In this document: piece after piece, positions 20,044-29,402 of the stretch
How positions within the stretch are numbered: position 1 is the first letter of the stretch
Layout of the letters: each line of letters begins with the position of its first letter
Assembly (NCBI GenBank): GCA_965213925.1
Contig: OZ243927.1
Location: 320,001-384,000, forward strand
DNA: 64,000 nt
Origin: Trueperaceae bacterium
Lineage (GTDB): Bacteria; Deinococcota; Deinococci; Deinococcales; Trueperaceae
Reading direction: 5' to 3'
Position numbers and translations under genes: made by a program
The notes under the pieces: model-generated
Database searches by the model: none
Told to the model about the DNA's origin: nothing
Seen by the model: only the letters and a program-made list of their open reading frames with translations

Positions 20044-20218
20044 TGTTTAACAAAGCTTCACACCTCTCTAGGTTTCTACTTGTGGGTTGCTCGAGTCTCT
20101 CGAGCGTATCTGTACGTACTGAGTTGACAAGGTGCAAAGCTAGTTCGAGCTTTTCTAAGCTCGGCAATTCTTAAAACAATCTCCCCTTGAAATTTCTAAG
20201 CAAAAGGAGACCTATCCG

Positions 20219-20725
20219 ATGAGATTTTCTTTTCTCGCGCTGACTCTGTGCGGCGCAGTATTTGGGGTGGTGTCGGCGCACGCATACCTCGAGACCTCAG
20301 ACCCCGCGACGGGGGCAACCTTACAAGTGGCACCAGAGCAAATCACCCTGAATTTTAGCGAGCCCTTGGAGCTGCGCTTTAGCACCTTCAGAATTGCCCC
20401 TTTAGAGACGGACGCAACCGACCCGCGTGAGGTCCAAGTTGCCGCGCAGGACCTTGTAGCGGAGGTTTTAGGGCAGGGCGATGACCGCCACGGTGACGCT
20501 GGCGATGAAGAGCACAGTGATGAGCATGGCGACGAATCCGGTGAGACGAGTGTCGAGGTGCTGACGAGCGAGCGGGCGACCCGAGAGGTTGCGCTCGGGC
20601 TAGGCGACCTAGAGCCGGGAACCTACGTCGTCATGTGGCGACTCCTCTCTACCGACACCCACACTTCGGACGACTACATCACGTTCACTATCTCATCCGA
20701 CGCGAGCACCTCCGCAGGGAATTAG
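20219..20725 (+). CDS. copC: Copper resistance protein CopC
   Basis: Signal peptide VSA|HAYLETSDPA (His1), LNFSEP, GTYVV.WR.LS.DTH; AAGGAG RBS. Confidence 0.9.
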   Translation: MRFSFLALTLCGAVFGVVSAHAYLETSDPATGATLQVAPEQITLNFSEPLELRFSTFRIAPLETDATDPREVQVAAQDLVAEVLGQGDDRHGDAGDEEHSDEHGDESGETSVEVLTSERATREVALGLGDLEPGTYVVMWRLLSTDTHTSDDYITFTISSDASTSAGN

Positions 20726-21657
20726 TGCTCGCGCTCGTCAAAGCGAGCTTGCTCTTGGGCGCAGTGCTGCTGATTGGCGCGGGCGTCTTCGGGCGTTTCG
20801 TCGCGCCGGAACTGCGCGACGAGGTGCGAACGCCGCTACGTTGGGGCGTTCTGACAGGCGCAGTCGTGCTGCTGATTAGCAGTGTGGTTGACGTGACGCA
20901 GACCGTGAATAACGCGCTTGGCAGGTACGACGCTGCATTTTTGCTCGAGTACATGCGCTTCACGCGCCACGGCAACGCGGTGCTCGTGCGGCTCGTGCTT
21001 GTCGTCGTCGTCGCGTTTCTCACGCTTAGGTGGACAGCCCCAGACACCGCACCCTCTTTCGCGCGGCGCACGAATCACGCGCTCTACCTCTTCTCGAGCC
21101 TCGGTTTACTCTCTACCTTTAGCTGGACGAGTCACGCGGCGACGATGGGCGGCACGCCCCCTTTGCTCGCGGACCTCGCGCACTTCGCGGCGGCGAGTGC
21201 GTGGTCCGGCGCGGTGCTCTACTTGGCGCTCGCCCCCGTGTGGGAAGAGGGACGGCGGGCGAAGTTGAACCGGGCACTCGCCAGAGTGTCCGCTCTCGGC
21301 TCCGCGTGCGTCACGCTCCTCTTTATTACAGGAGGCTACACCTCTCTAATGCATCTGCAAAACCCCGAACGCTTCGCCGCCTCACCTTACGGTCAGGCGC
21401 TCATCTATAAACTGCTGCTCGTCGCCATTATCGTCGGGCTCGCGGCGTACAACCGCTTGTGGCTCTTGCCTGCCTCACTCAAAGGTAAGCTCACGCGGCG
21501 CTTTAGGAGGGTAATGAGGCTCGAGGCTCTAACCCTCGTCGCCGTTTTTATCACCACGGGCGTCCTCACCACGAGCGCTATGCCGCACGAGCCCGGCATC
21601 CAGCCCACCGCACTAGAAAACCTCACGGCTTTGCTGCGCTACTTAGGCGCACGTTAA
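20725..21657 (+). CDS. copD: CopD family inner-membrane copper transporter
   Basis: Multi-TM; TSHAA, DLAHFAAASAWSG, YGQAL.YK, AAYNR, LEA; GTG overlaps the copC stop. Confidence 0.88.
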   Translation: MLALVKASLLLGAVLLIGAGVFGRFVAPELRDEVRTPLRWGVLTGAVVLLISSVVDVTQTVNNALGRYDAAFLLEYMRFTRHGNAVLVRLVLVVVVAFLTLRWTAPDTAPSFARRTNHALYLFSSLGLLSTFSWTSHAATMGGTPPLLADLAHFAAASAWSGAVLYLALAPVWEEGRRAKLNRALARVSALGSACVTLLFITGGYTSLMHLQNPERFAASPYGQALIYKLLLVAIIVGLAAYNRLWLLPASLKGKLTRRFRRVMRLEALTLVAVFITTGVLTTSAMPHEPGIQPTALENLTALLRYLGAR

Positions 21658-21666
21658 AAGGAGAGA

Positions 21667-22659
21667 ATGATGAAGCTAACGTTGATAACTATTTTTTTAC
21701 TCACGCTCGGCGCGACCTTCGCCCAACAGAGCGTCACTTTAGACTTCGCCGCGACGGTGAACGACCAAGAGGTCAGGTGCGGCGTCATGTATGAGGGCGT
21801 CGGCGCGCAGGGGTCAACCGTCGAGTTTCAAGATATGCGCTTTTACGTTTCAGACGTTCGCCTTATCAATGCGGACGGAGAAGAGGTTGTGTTAGAACTC
21901 GAGCCCAACCAGTGGCAGCACCAAGATGTCGCTCTCCTAGACTTCGAAGACGGCACCGCCCGCTGCGCCGAGTCGGGCAACGAGGCAATGAATAGCACCG
22001 TAACGGGAAGCGTACCCGCGGGAGAGTACACGGGCGTGGTGTTTACGCTCGGCGTCCCCTTCGACCTCAACCACGCGGACGTAGCAACTGCGCCCACGCC
22101 CTTAAACGTCTCCTCGATGTGGTGGAGCTGGCAGGGCGGTTACAAGCACGCTCGCATCGACTTGATGAGCCACAGCGCTATGGCGATGGACATGCAGTCG
22201 AGCACTCAAGAGAGCCATAACGCTGGAGGACACGGTGAAGGCGGCGAACACGCACAAGCTGAAGCCGAACAAGGTGAACATGCAGGTCACGGCGGCGCAG
22301 CCCAAACCGGACTCTGGCCCATCCACATCGGCAGCACGGGCTGCGACTCGAGCGCGAGCGTGATCCCCCCTGCAACACCTTGCGCGAATCCGAACCTAAC
22401 CGAAGTGCGTTTGAAGAATGTCGACTTGGAGAACGACGTCATCGTCGCAGATGTGAGCGGTTTGCTCAGTGGCGTAGACGTAAGCCAGTCCTTAGAGACG
22501 GCCCCTCCAGGCTGCATGTCGGGTCCTGAAGACCCCGACTGCAACGCGCTGTTCACCAACTTGAACCTCGCATCAGACGTGAACACGCAGACCTTCTTCC
22601 GCGTCGCGCCGCAAGGTGCAGCCTCTCATGGCGAAACGCAAGCCGATACGCAATACTGA
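21667..22659 (+). CDS. mbnP: MbnP family copper-binding protein (metallo-mystery pair, Cys-rich partner)
   Basis: Signal peptide; DMRFYVS, WQ..DVALLDFEDG, LGVPF.LNH, MWWSWQGGYK (WxW), HIGSTGC, C..PN, GCMS..DPDC. Confidence 0.88.
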   Translation: MMKLTLITIFLLTLGATFAQQSVTLDFAATVNDQEVRCGVMYEGVGAQGSTVEFQDMRFYVSDVRLINADGEEVVLELEPNQWQHQDVALLDFEDGTARCAESGNEAMNSTVTGSVPAGEYTGVVFTLGVPFDLNHADVATAPTPLNVSSMWWSWQGGYKHARIDLMSHSAMAMDMQSSTQESHNAGGHGEGGEHAQAEAEQGEHAGHGGAAQTGLWPIHIGSTGCDSSASVIPPATPCANPNLTEVRLKNVDLENDVIVADVSGLLSGVDVSQSLETAPPGCMSGPEDPDCNALFTNLNLASDVNTQTFFRVAPQGAASHGETQADTQY

Positions 22660-22662
22660 GGC

Positions 22663-23794
22663 GTGAAACATACGCTCTTCATCACCGGATTTTTGTCGCT
22701 CGTCCTCCTCCTTTTGGGGGCGGGCACGCCCGGTTACGTCTGGACCTTGCCGCAAGGGTTCCCCAAGCCGCTCGTGCCCGAAAACAACCCGATGACCGAC
22801 GCGAAAGTCGAACTCGGGCGGCACCTCTTCTACGACACGCAGCTCTCGGGCAACGGCTCGCAGTCGTGCGCCACGTGTCATCAGCAGGCGCAGGCATTCA
22901 GCGACGGCATGAACACCTCGGTGGGCTCGACGGGTGAACCTCATCCGCGCAACTCGCAGTCTCTGACCAACGTTGCCTATAACGCCACCTTGACTTGGGG
23001 CAATCCGGTCTTAGAGGAGTTGGAGCAGCAAATCCTCATCCCCATGTTCGGCGAATTCCCGGTTGAACTCGGCATGATGAATAAGGAGGAAGAGGTCTAT
23101 GCCCGCTTCGAAGAGGACGCGCTTTACAAAAACCTCTTCGCCGCTGCTTATCCGGGTGAAGAGAACCCCGTCAACACGAGAAACATCGCCGACGCGCTCG
23201 CCTCCTTTACCCGCACGCTGATCTCGGGCGGCTCGCGCTACGACGAGTTCGTCTACGGCGGCAACAGAGACGCCCTCACCACCTCCGAGCGGCTCGGCAT
23301 GGACCTCTTCTTTAGTGAAAGGACCGAGTGCCACCACTGTCACGGCGGCTTCAACTTCACGCACTCGGTCAAGCATCAAAACAACGCGCAGTTCGTGGAG
23401 AAGTCCTTTCATAACACCGGGCTCTACAACGTGGACGGTCAAGGCGCGTACCCGACGGGCAATACGGGCGTGTTCGAGGTTACGGGTAAGCGCGCGGACA
23501 TGGGCAAGTTTCGCGCCCCGTCCCTGCGAAACGTCGAACTCACCGCGCCGTACTTCCACGACGGTAGCGCACAGACGTTGGAAGAGGTCGTGCGCTCTTA
23601 CGAGGCGGGCGGGCGGCTTTTAGAGTCCGGCGATTTTGCAGGGGACGGGCGCGCTGAACCCCAACAAGAGCGGCTTCGTGCGCGGCTTTTCGCTGACCGA
23701 CGAGGAGCGGCAGGACTTGGTGAACTTTCTGAAAGCGTTGACGGATGAGGAATTTATCACAGACGAGCGCTTTAGTGACCCCTTTGAGGAATAA
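22663..23794 (+). CDS. mbnH: MbnH-family di-heme cytochrome c peroxidase-like protein, with a +1 frameshift near 23653
   Basis: [16 protein letters not shown] and CHHCH heme motifs, [21 protein letters not shown]; conserved tail [30 protein letters not shown] continues in the next frame to TAA 23792-23794. Confidence 0.88.
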
Positions 23795-23899
23795 GGCGTG
23801 ACGGGGAGATGAGAAGTGGATAATTTTTCTCCTCATCTCCCTCTCCCGAGCGTAGCCACAACTCAAACTCTTTGCCCTAAGGTTCGGTAAGTTATTCCT

Positions 23900-25039
23900 A
23901 TGGACACACCCCAGTTTGAAGCATCTGAAACTGCGCCGACGATGAGCTACGCGAGAGCCCGCCTCTACCTGGGTATTAGCTGCGTAGGTATGTGGACGAC
24001 GCTCTCGGTATTAGCGCTGCTTTTCGGTCTACCCGAGCGTGTTCTATCCGAGAGTACGCTCTGGTCTCTTGCGGACACCACGCAACTCGTAAGCGTCATC
24101 CTTCTCTACGCTTTCTTACAGGGAGCCTTTGACCTCTTCGGCGGCTTCGTGTTGCCGAAAGAATACGGACGCTACAAACCTAACTTGTCAGGTTTTCTTC
24201 TGCACTGGTTTCGCGGCGCGTTGCTGCACGGTGTGCTCTTGCTCCTCGTTGGTTTAATCCTCCTGGCGAGTGCGCGGCTCGGCGGTATCTGGCTGGCGCT
24301 ACTCGTCTTTTTGCTTTTGAACGTCGGCTTGATTTATGGACAGGTTCTGTTGGCGCGTCTCATCGGCGGGCTCGGCGTTCGACGCGAAAAAGGTTATATA
24401 CTCTTAAATGCACCTTATCCCCACCTCACGGGCGGCGTCGCTGGTTTCAAAGCGGTGGTTCTCGTTCCGCAGAGATGGCGCGACGTATTCGATTCTGAAA
24501 CCTTCGACCTCTTGGTGAAGCGCAAACAGACGCTAGCTGAGAAAGGCTCGAGGCGCTTGGGTCTTTTCGCCGCTCTTCTCTGGAACACGCTCGGGTTCAT
24601 TCTGGTGTACCTCGCAGCAGGCGGCACGGCGAGCGTCGCTGGGCTCATAAGTTTCAGCCTCTGGTCCACACTCTGGGCATTCTTAGGCGTGCTCGTCTTG
24701 CCGACGCTTTCACGGCGGGCGGTGTTTCAGGGGGACGCGCACGCGGTCTCGAGTGGTCAAGAGGTCAGCTTACTTGCCGAAGCTCTCAAGACCCTAGACC
24801 GTGACCAAGACGGTGAATTTAGACGCGGGCAAGCCGTCGAAACGGTCTTTCACCCCATCCCCTCAGCCGCGCGGCGCATTGAGAAGTTGGAGACGAGGGA
24901 CGCACCCCCCAACCTAGCAACCTGGCACGTCGCGAGAACGGCGCTCTACCTCTCGTGGGCGAACCTGAGTTTGCTCTCACGCGCGGTCCACTGCAACATC
25001 GGCAGACCGGAAGTGTGGGTATTTCTGCCGAGTGACTAA
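23900..25039 (+). CDS. Multi-pass membrane protein, distantly M48/Ste24-like, no HExxH
   Basis: Several TM helices; FHPIPSAARRI resembles the M48 HP..RI motif; C-terminal RAVHCNIGRPEVW. Confidence 0.7.
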   Translation: MDTPQFEASETAPTMSYARARLYLGISCVGMWTTLSVLALLFGLPERVLSESTLWSLADTTQLVSVILLYAFLQGAFDLFGGFVLPKEYGRYKPNLSGFLLHWFRGALLHGVLLLLVGLILLASARLGGIWLALLVFLLLNVGLIYGQVLLARLIGGLGVRREKGYILLNAPYPHLTGGVAGFKAVVLVPQRWRDVFDSETFDLLVKRKQTLAEKGSRRLGLFAALLWNTLGFILVYLAAGGTASVAGLISFSLWSTLWAFLGVLVLPTLSRRAVFQGDAHAVSSGQEVSLLAEALKTLDRDQDGEFRRGQAVETVFHPIPSAARRIEKLETRDAPPNLATWHVARTALYLSWANLSLLSRAVHCNIGRPEVWVFLPSD

Positions 25040-25113
25040 CGGAGTAAAAGCTAGTGCGGGACGTTTGCAACTGGTTCGCCCTGGTGCACAACCCTAAAAT
25101 TAAGGAAGTAACT

Positions 25114-26712
25114 ATGGACGCGACTCAACGCACGCGCAATCAGCGCACCTCACGGGGACACAAACCGATTGTCGAGCAGCCCAGGGGCTTCGACCTCTTT
25201 GCGCTGCCAGGGTTGCGCCGCTTCATCCGCTGGAAATACGCCCGCTTCGTCTTTCAACTCCCGCTGCTGATCCTCGCCGTGTTCGTCATCTGGGACGGCT
25301 TCGCCGGGCGGCAGGTCGCCCCGCGCAACATCGCCACGACGACGGTGTGGCTGCACTATAGGGGGCTCGTCGTGATCGCGCTCGCGCTCATCGGCAACGC
25401 CTTTTGCGCCGCGTGCCCTTTGATGTTGACGCGAGGTGCGACGAAACGCTTGGAGCGCTTTTTGCCGCGCAAGCTGAGCTTCCCTAAACCGCTCAAAAAC
25501 AAATATCTCGTTACCGTCCTCCTCCTGTTCTTCTTTTTCTCCTACGAATACTTCGACCTCTGGGCGAGTCCTTGGCTCACTGCCTGGCTCGTCCTCGCGT
25601 ACTTCGGGGGCGCACTCGCTGTTGACACGCTCTTCCCAGCGGGGACGTTCTGCCGCTACGTGTGCCCCTTGGGAAACTTCAACTTCGCTTACTCGTCGGC
25701 GTCGCCTACGCAGATTACGGCGGTAGACCACGACATCTGTAGGAGCTGTGAGCACAAGCCGTGTTTGCACGGGCGCGACACAGACAGTGTTGAGAGAAAA
25801 GGACTGAGGACTGAGAGGTCAGAAGTTCCTTCTCAGTCCTCAGTCCTGGGTCCTGGGTCCTCTAACGCCGCCTTCATCCCCCTCGCCGACATCGTCCACG
25901 CGAACGGCACCGGACACTTCCCCGGCTGCGAGACGGACCTCTTCGTGCCGACGATGCAATCCAATATGGACTGCACGAACTGCTTCAACTGCGTGCGGGC
26001 ATGCCCTTACGACAATGTCGCCTTAACCGTGCGGCAACCCGGCTGGGAGTGGACGCGCGCACCTTGGAAGACGCGGGGGCGGCTGCCGCTCATGGTGATG
26101 GGCGTGCTCTTAGCCTTCTGGGGACTTTTGAACGCCGTGGCGATGATCGGACCTTACTTCGACCTGTCGCAGTGGGTGGCGAGCACGTTCAACACGCAGA
26201 ACGAAGCCTTGCTCCTCGGAATTTTCTTCCTGACGACGACCCTTCTAGGACTCTTCGTCACGGGCGGTGTCGCCTACCTCGCGGACCTCTTGGGGCAGGG
26301 GAGGGCGAACTTTAGAGACGCCTTTTTGCGCTGGGGGTACGTCAGCGTGGCGCTCGGCTTCGGCTTTTGGGGGGCGCACTACCTCTTTCACTTCATGACG
26401 GGGGCGCTAAGCATCGTGCCCGTGTTTCAGAACTTTTTCGAGGCGAGGGGCTTTCCCGTTGACCCTAACTGGCGGCTCGCGCAAATTATCCCGTCCGACT
26501 GGCTTTTCCCAGTAGGCGCGGCGATCACGCTCTTTTACAGCTTTCTGGCGGTTTACGTGGTGGTGCGTATCGCGCTTAGAGACTTCGGGCGGCGCGGCGT
26601 TTTAGCGATGTGGCCGCCGCTTCTGTTCGTGCTCCTCTTCGCGGCGGTCGCGCTCACGGTTTTGGGGCAGCCGATGGAGATGCGCGGGACGATTCTAGGA
26701 CCGAGTTTTTAG
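25114..26712 (+). CDS. Membrane 4Fe-4S polyferredoxin (NapH/MauN/CcoG-like)
   Basis: FCAACP, FCRYVCPLG, CRSC...C, CTNCFNCVRACP plus many TM helices; AAGGA RBS before ATG 25114. Confidence 0.85.
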   Translation: MDATQRTRNQRTSRGHKPIVEQPRGFDLFALPGLRRFIRWKYARFVFQLPLLILAVFVIWDGFAGRQVAPRNIATTTVWLHYRGLVVIALALIGNAFCAACPLMLTRGATKRLERFLPRKLSFPKPLKNKYLVTVLLLFFFFSYEYFDLWASPWLTAWLVLAYFGGALAVDTLFPAGTFCRYVCPLGNFNFAYSSASPTQITAVDHDICRSCEHKPCLHGRDTDSVERKGLRTERSEVPSQSSVLGPGSSNAAFIPLADIVHANGTGHFPGCETDLFVPTMQSNMDCTNCFNCVRACPYDNVALTVRQPGWEWTRAPWKTRGRLPLMVMGVLLAFWGLLNAVAMIGPYFDLSQWVASTFNTQNEALLLGIFFLTTTLLGLFVTGGVAYLADLLGQGRANFRDAFLRWGYVSVALGFGFWGAHYLFHFMTGALSIVPVFQNFFEARGFPVDPNWRLAQIIPSDWLFPVGAAITLFYSFLAVYVVVRIALRDFGRRGVLAMWPPLLFVLLFAAVALTVLGQPMEMRGTILGPSF

Positions 26713-26779
26713 GCTCGAGGTTCTAACTTAACGGCTGAGCAGGTTAAAACGTTCACGCCGACGTTTCCGCGCGGGTGTC

Positions 26780-27703
26780 ATGCTACTAGGCGTGGCAGAC
26801 CTGCTTAAAACCGCGCTCTTCGTTGGGCTCATGCTCCTCTTGGGCGCGGGTATTTTCTCGCGTTATGTCGGCGTGGCGTTAGACGGACAGAAGGTACGCT
26901 CCAGGCTCCACCTCAGTTTAGCTGTGGGCGGCGCACTCATCCTCATGGCGAGTTTCGGCAGCATTGTTCTCGTCCTGACGCAGCTTGTCGGGCGCGTCTA
27001 CCTCGACATGTTCGGGGAATACTTGCTCTACACGTCACACGGACGCTGGACGCTCCTGCGCGCCGCGCTCGTGGGCGGGCTCGTCGCGCTCGGCTTAGGG
27101 CGCAGGCTTCCTTTCGCCTCGGAGCGCACGCTTCACCTCGCGCTGAGTTTCGCGCTGCTCGTCTCGGTGAGTGCGCTCAGCCACGCGGGGGCGAGCGGCA
27201 ACCGGCTCTTGCTCTTCGCGGATTTGGGGCACCTCAGCGCGGCGGCGCTCTGGGCGGGCTCGCTCATCGCGCTGGCGCTCTTGCCTGTGTGGTCGAGGGC
27301 GCAAACGATGGCGCTCCGGCGGACGATGGCGCGCGTCTCGGCGGCGGGGCTTTTGAGCGTCGGCTTGCTCTTCGTAACCGGGCTTTACGCCTCGAGCGTC
27401 CACCTCACCAGTTCAGCCAAACTCCTCCAAACGGACTACGGCTTCGCGCTCTTCTGCAAGGGGCTCCTCGTCACAACCGTGGTCGGGATTGCGGCGGGGA
27501 ACCGCTGGATGGTGCTGCCGCTGCTCCCGAGAGGAGGCGCGCCCCTGTTGCGGCGGACGGTGCGGCTCGAGGCGCTTCTCCTCGTTGCCATACTCGTCCT
27601 TTCGGGCGTTCTCACCTCGAGCGAGCCCGAAGCGCTCCATAGGGAGCATTCACACGGCGCGGCGGGGCTCGAGCCGAACGAAAGCAGCGCCGCCAGTCCG
27701 TAG
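26780..27703 (+). CDS. copD: Second CopD family protein
   Basis: LSHAGA, DLGHLSAAALWAG, YGFAL..K, AAGNR, LEA; His-rich tail. Confidence 0.85.
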   Translation: MLLGVADLLKTALFVGLMLLLGAGIFSRYVGVALDGQKVRSRLHLSLAVGGALILMASFGSIVLVLTQLVGRVYLDMFGEYLLYTSHGRWTLLRAALVGGLVALGLGRRLPFASERTLHLALSFALLVSVSALSHAGASGNRLLLFADLGHLSAAALWAGSLIALALLPVWSRAQTMALRRTMARVSAAGLLSVGLLFVTGLYASSVHLTSSAKLLQTDYGFALFCKGLLVTTVVGIAAGNRWMVLPLLPRGGAPLLRRTVRLEALLLVAILVLSGVLTSSEPEALHREHSHGAAGLEPNESSAASP

Positions 27704-27912
27704 CATAAGCCTCACACCGGGCTGAAAAAGGGATGGCACAGAGTGAAGGCGTGCCCAACGGCATACTTCGTGCACCGAAGTTACGCTCATCAGGTGGGAG
27801 CACCCCACAGGGGGTGACGAGCGTTTGAGGATGGCATAGTGTGCCATCCTCAAATCACTTTGGTATTGCTTAACCTCTTTGATCGCACAACGATCTCTCC
27901 CGACGAGGGCGT

Positions 27913-27990
27913 GCGCGGCGTAGGGGAGATTTATGAATCTCCCCTACTGCATTTGCCTCTCTCTGTGACTTTTCTAGCGTGGTCTACCAG
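27913..27990. repeat. REP-containing repeat (copy A)
   Basis: gtaggggagatttatgaatctcccctac+tgcatttgcctct..ttttctagcgtggtcta; about 70 bp match the reverse complement of 30313-30380. Confidence 0.8.
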
Positions 27991-28028
27991 TTTTATCTGT
28001 AGAGTGAAAGTTGATAGGATGACCGAGT

Positions 28029-28730
28029 ATGGTTCTTCTCGACGCTCAATTTGTCAAATACACACTTTTAGCCTTGGGACTATTCAGCGCGACGCTCTCT
28101 CCTCTCGCTGCCGCCCAAAGCCTCCCCGAATGCCGCTACGACGACCTAGAAACGCGCTATCGAGACCTATCTCAGTGGCGCGTCACGCTGCTCGACACGC
28201 TCTACAAACTGCCCGAAAGTTACGCGCCCCAAGACCTCGTCTCGGTCGAAGAGGCGGGGCTCGACTCCCAACATCAGGTGCGCGCTTTTGTCATCGACGA
28301 CCTCCGCGCGCTCCTCCGGGCGGCGGAAGACGCCGGGCATCCCCTCGCGGTGCAGTCGGCGTACCGTTCGTATACGTATCAGATCGGCACGTTCAACTAC
28401 TGGGTCCAGCAAAGAGGTCGCGAGGAGGCGCTTAAAATCAGCGCGAGGGCGGGGCACTCCGAACATCAACTCGGCACCGCGCTCGACTTCCGCAGCGCGG
28501 ACGGGCCGGCCGCTTGGGATTTGGAGGACTGGGCGCAGACGCCCGCCGGCGCGTGGCTGGAGGAGAACGCCCCGCGCTACGGCTTCGTGATGAGCTACCC
28601 GCAAGGAGAGGAGGAGACGGTCTGCTACACCTACGAGCCCTGGCACTACCGCTACGTGGGGCGCGAGGTGGCTAAGGCGGTGCGTGAAAGCGGCTTGACC
28701 CTGCGCGAGTGGTTATGGCGGCAGCAGTGA
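28029..28730 (+). CDS. M15B D-alanyl-D-alanine carboxypeptidase (VanY-like), secreted
   Basis: SAYRS, SEHQLGTALD, YEPWHYRYVG. Confidence 0.92.
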   Translation: MVLLDAQFVKYTLLALGLFSATLSPLAAAQSLPECRYDDLETRYRDLSQWRVTLLDTLYKLPESYAPQDLVSVEEAGLDSQHQVRAFVIDDLRALLRAAEDAGHPLAVQSAYRSYTYQIGTFNYWVQQRGREEALKISARAGHSEHQLGTALDFRSADGPAAWDLEDWAQTPAGAWLEENAPRYGFVMSYPQGEEETVCYTYEPWHYRYVGREVAKAVRESGLTLREWLWRQQ

Positions 28731-28802
28731 GGCGGTCGCGGCGCTATTCAATGACGTTATTCAATAAGGTTCTATTCACTGAGCGCGGCGTTATGCTGAA
28801 CT

Positions 28803-29372
28803 ATGCGTAACCCTAAACCCTATCTTCTCACGCCCATTTTGCTCGTCGGCGCTCTTTTTGTGAGTGCGGTACTCGCCCACGCGACGCTCGTGTTGGGGAC
28901 GGTCTCGAGCACCCCCGCCACCCCCCAGCTCGGCGAAGACTTCACGCTCAGTCTGACCCTGGAAGACCCTATCGGTGTCGCTGTCGAAGACGCTGTCGTC
29001 TACGCCGAGTTTCGTCCGCCTGGTGCCCCTTTGGAGAGCGAGCCTGCGCGCAACGTGCGCTTAGAAGAAATTTCAGCGGGCGCTTACAGTGCGACGCTCA
29101 GCTTGCCAAACGCGGGCGAATGGAACCTCTTCTTGCGTGACCAGACCTTTCGCCAAGAGGAGGCGACAGCGAGCCTAGTCTTTGGCGTCGGTGCTCAAAC
29201 GGCCTCTTCGCAGTCGTTCGTGTTTCCGCCTACTGCAACGGGACCCACGAACATCTGGACGTGGCTGGGTTGGCTCATCGGTCTGCCTGTAATCGCCGCT
29301 GTCGTCGTGACTGTGCTCGTACTGACGGGCGGAAAAAAAGAGCCGCAGGGCGTTTCTGCCAATAAATCGTGA
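28803..29372 (+). CDS. Exported, C-terminally anchored protein with a predicted N-terminal His (YtkA/FixH-like Ig domain)
   Basis: Signal peptide VLA|HATL; GAYSA.L..P.AGEW; C-terminal TM helix. Confidence 0.7.
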   Translation: MRNPKPYLLTPILLVGALFVSAVLAHATLVLGTVSSTPATPQLGEDFTLSLTLEDPIGVAVEDAVVYAEFRPPGAPLESEPARNVRLEEISAGAYSATLSLPNAGEWNLFLRDQTFRQEEATASLVFGVGAQTASSQSFVFPPTATGPTNIWTWLGWLIGLPVIAAVVVTVLVLTGGKKEPQGVSANKS

Positions 29373-29402
29373 TATCTCCTTTATGATTCACGTGATCTTC
29401 CT

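Noticed and set aside
21667..23794. Methanobactin biosynthetic cluster
   Set aside because: No mbnA precursor, mbnB/C or mbnT in the window; only the MbnP/H pair
28029..28730. Vancomycin resistance locus
   Set aside because: Lone M15B carboxypeptidase with no vanHAX or vanRS
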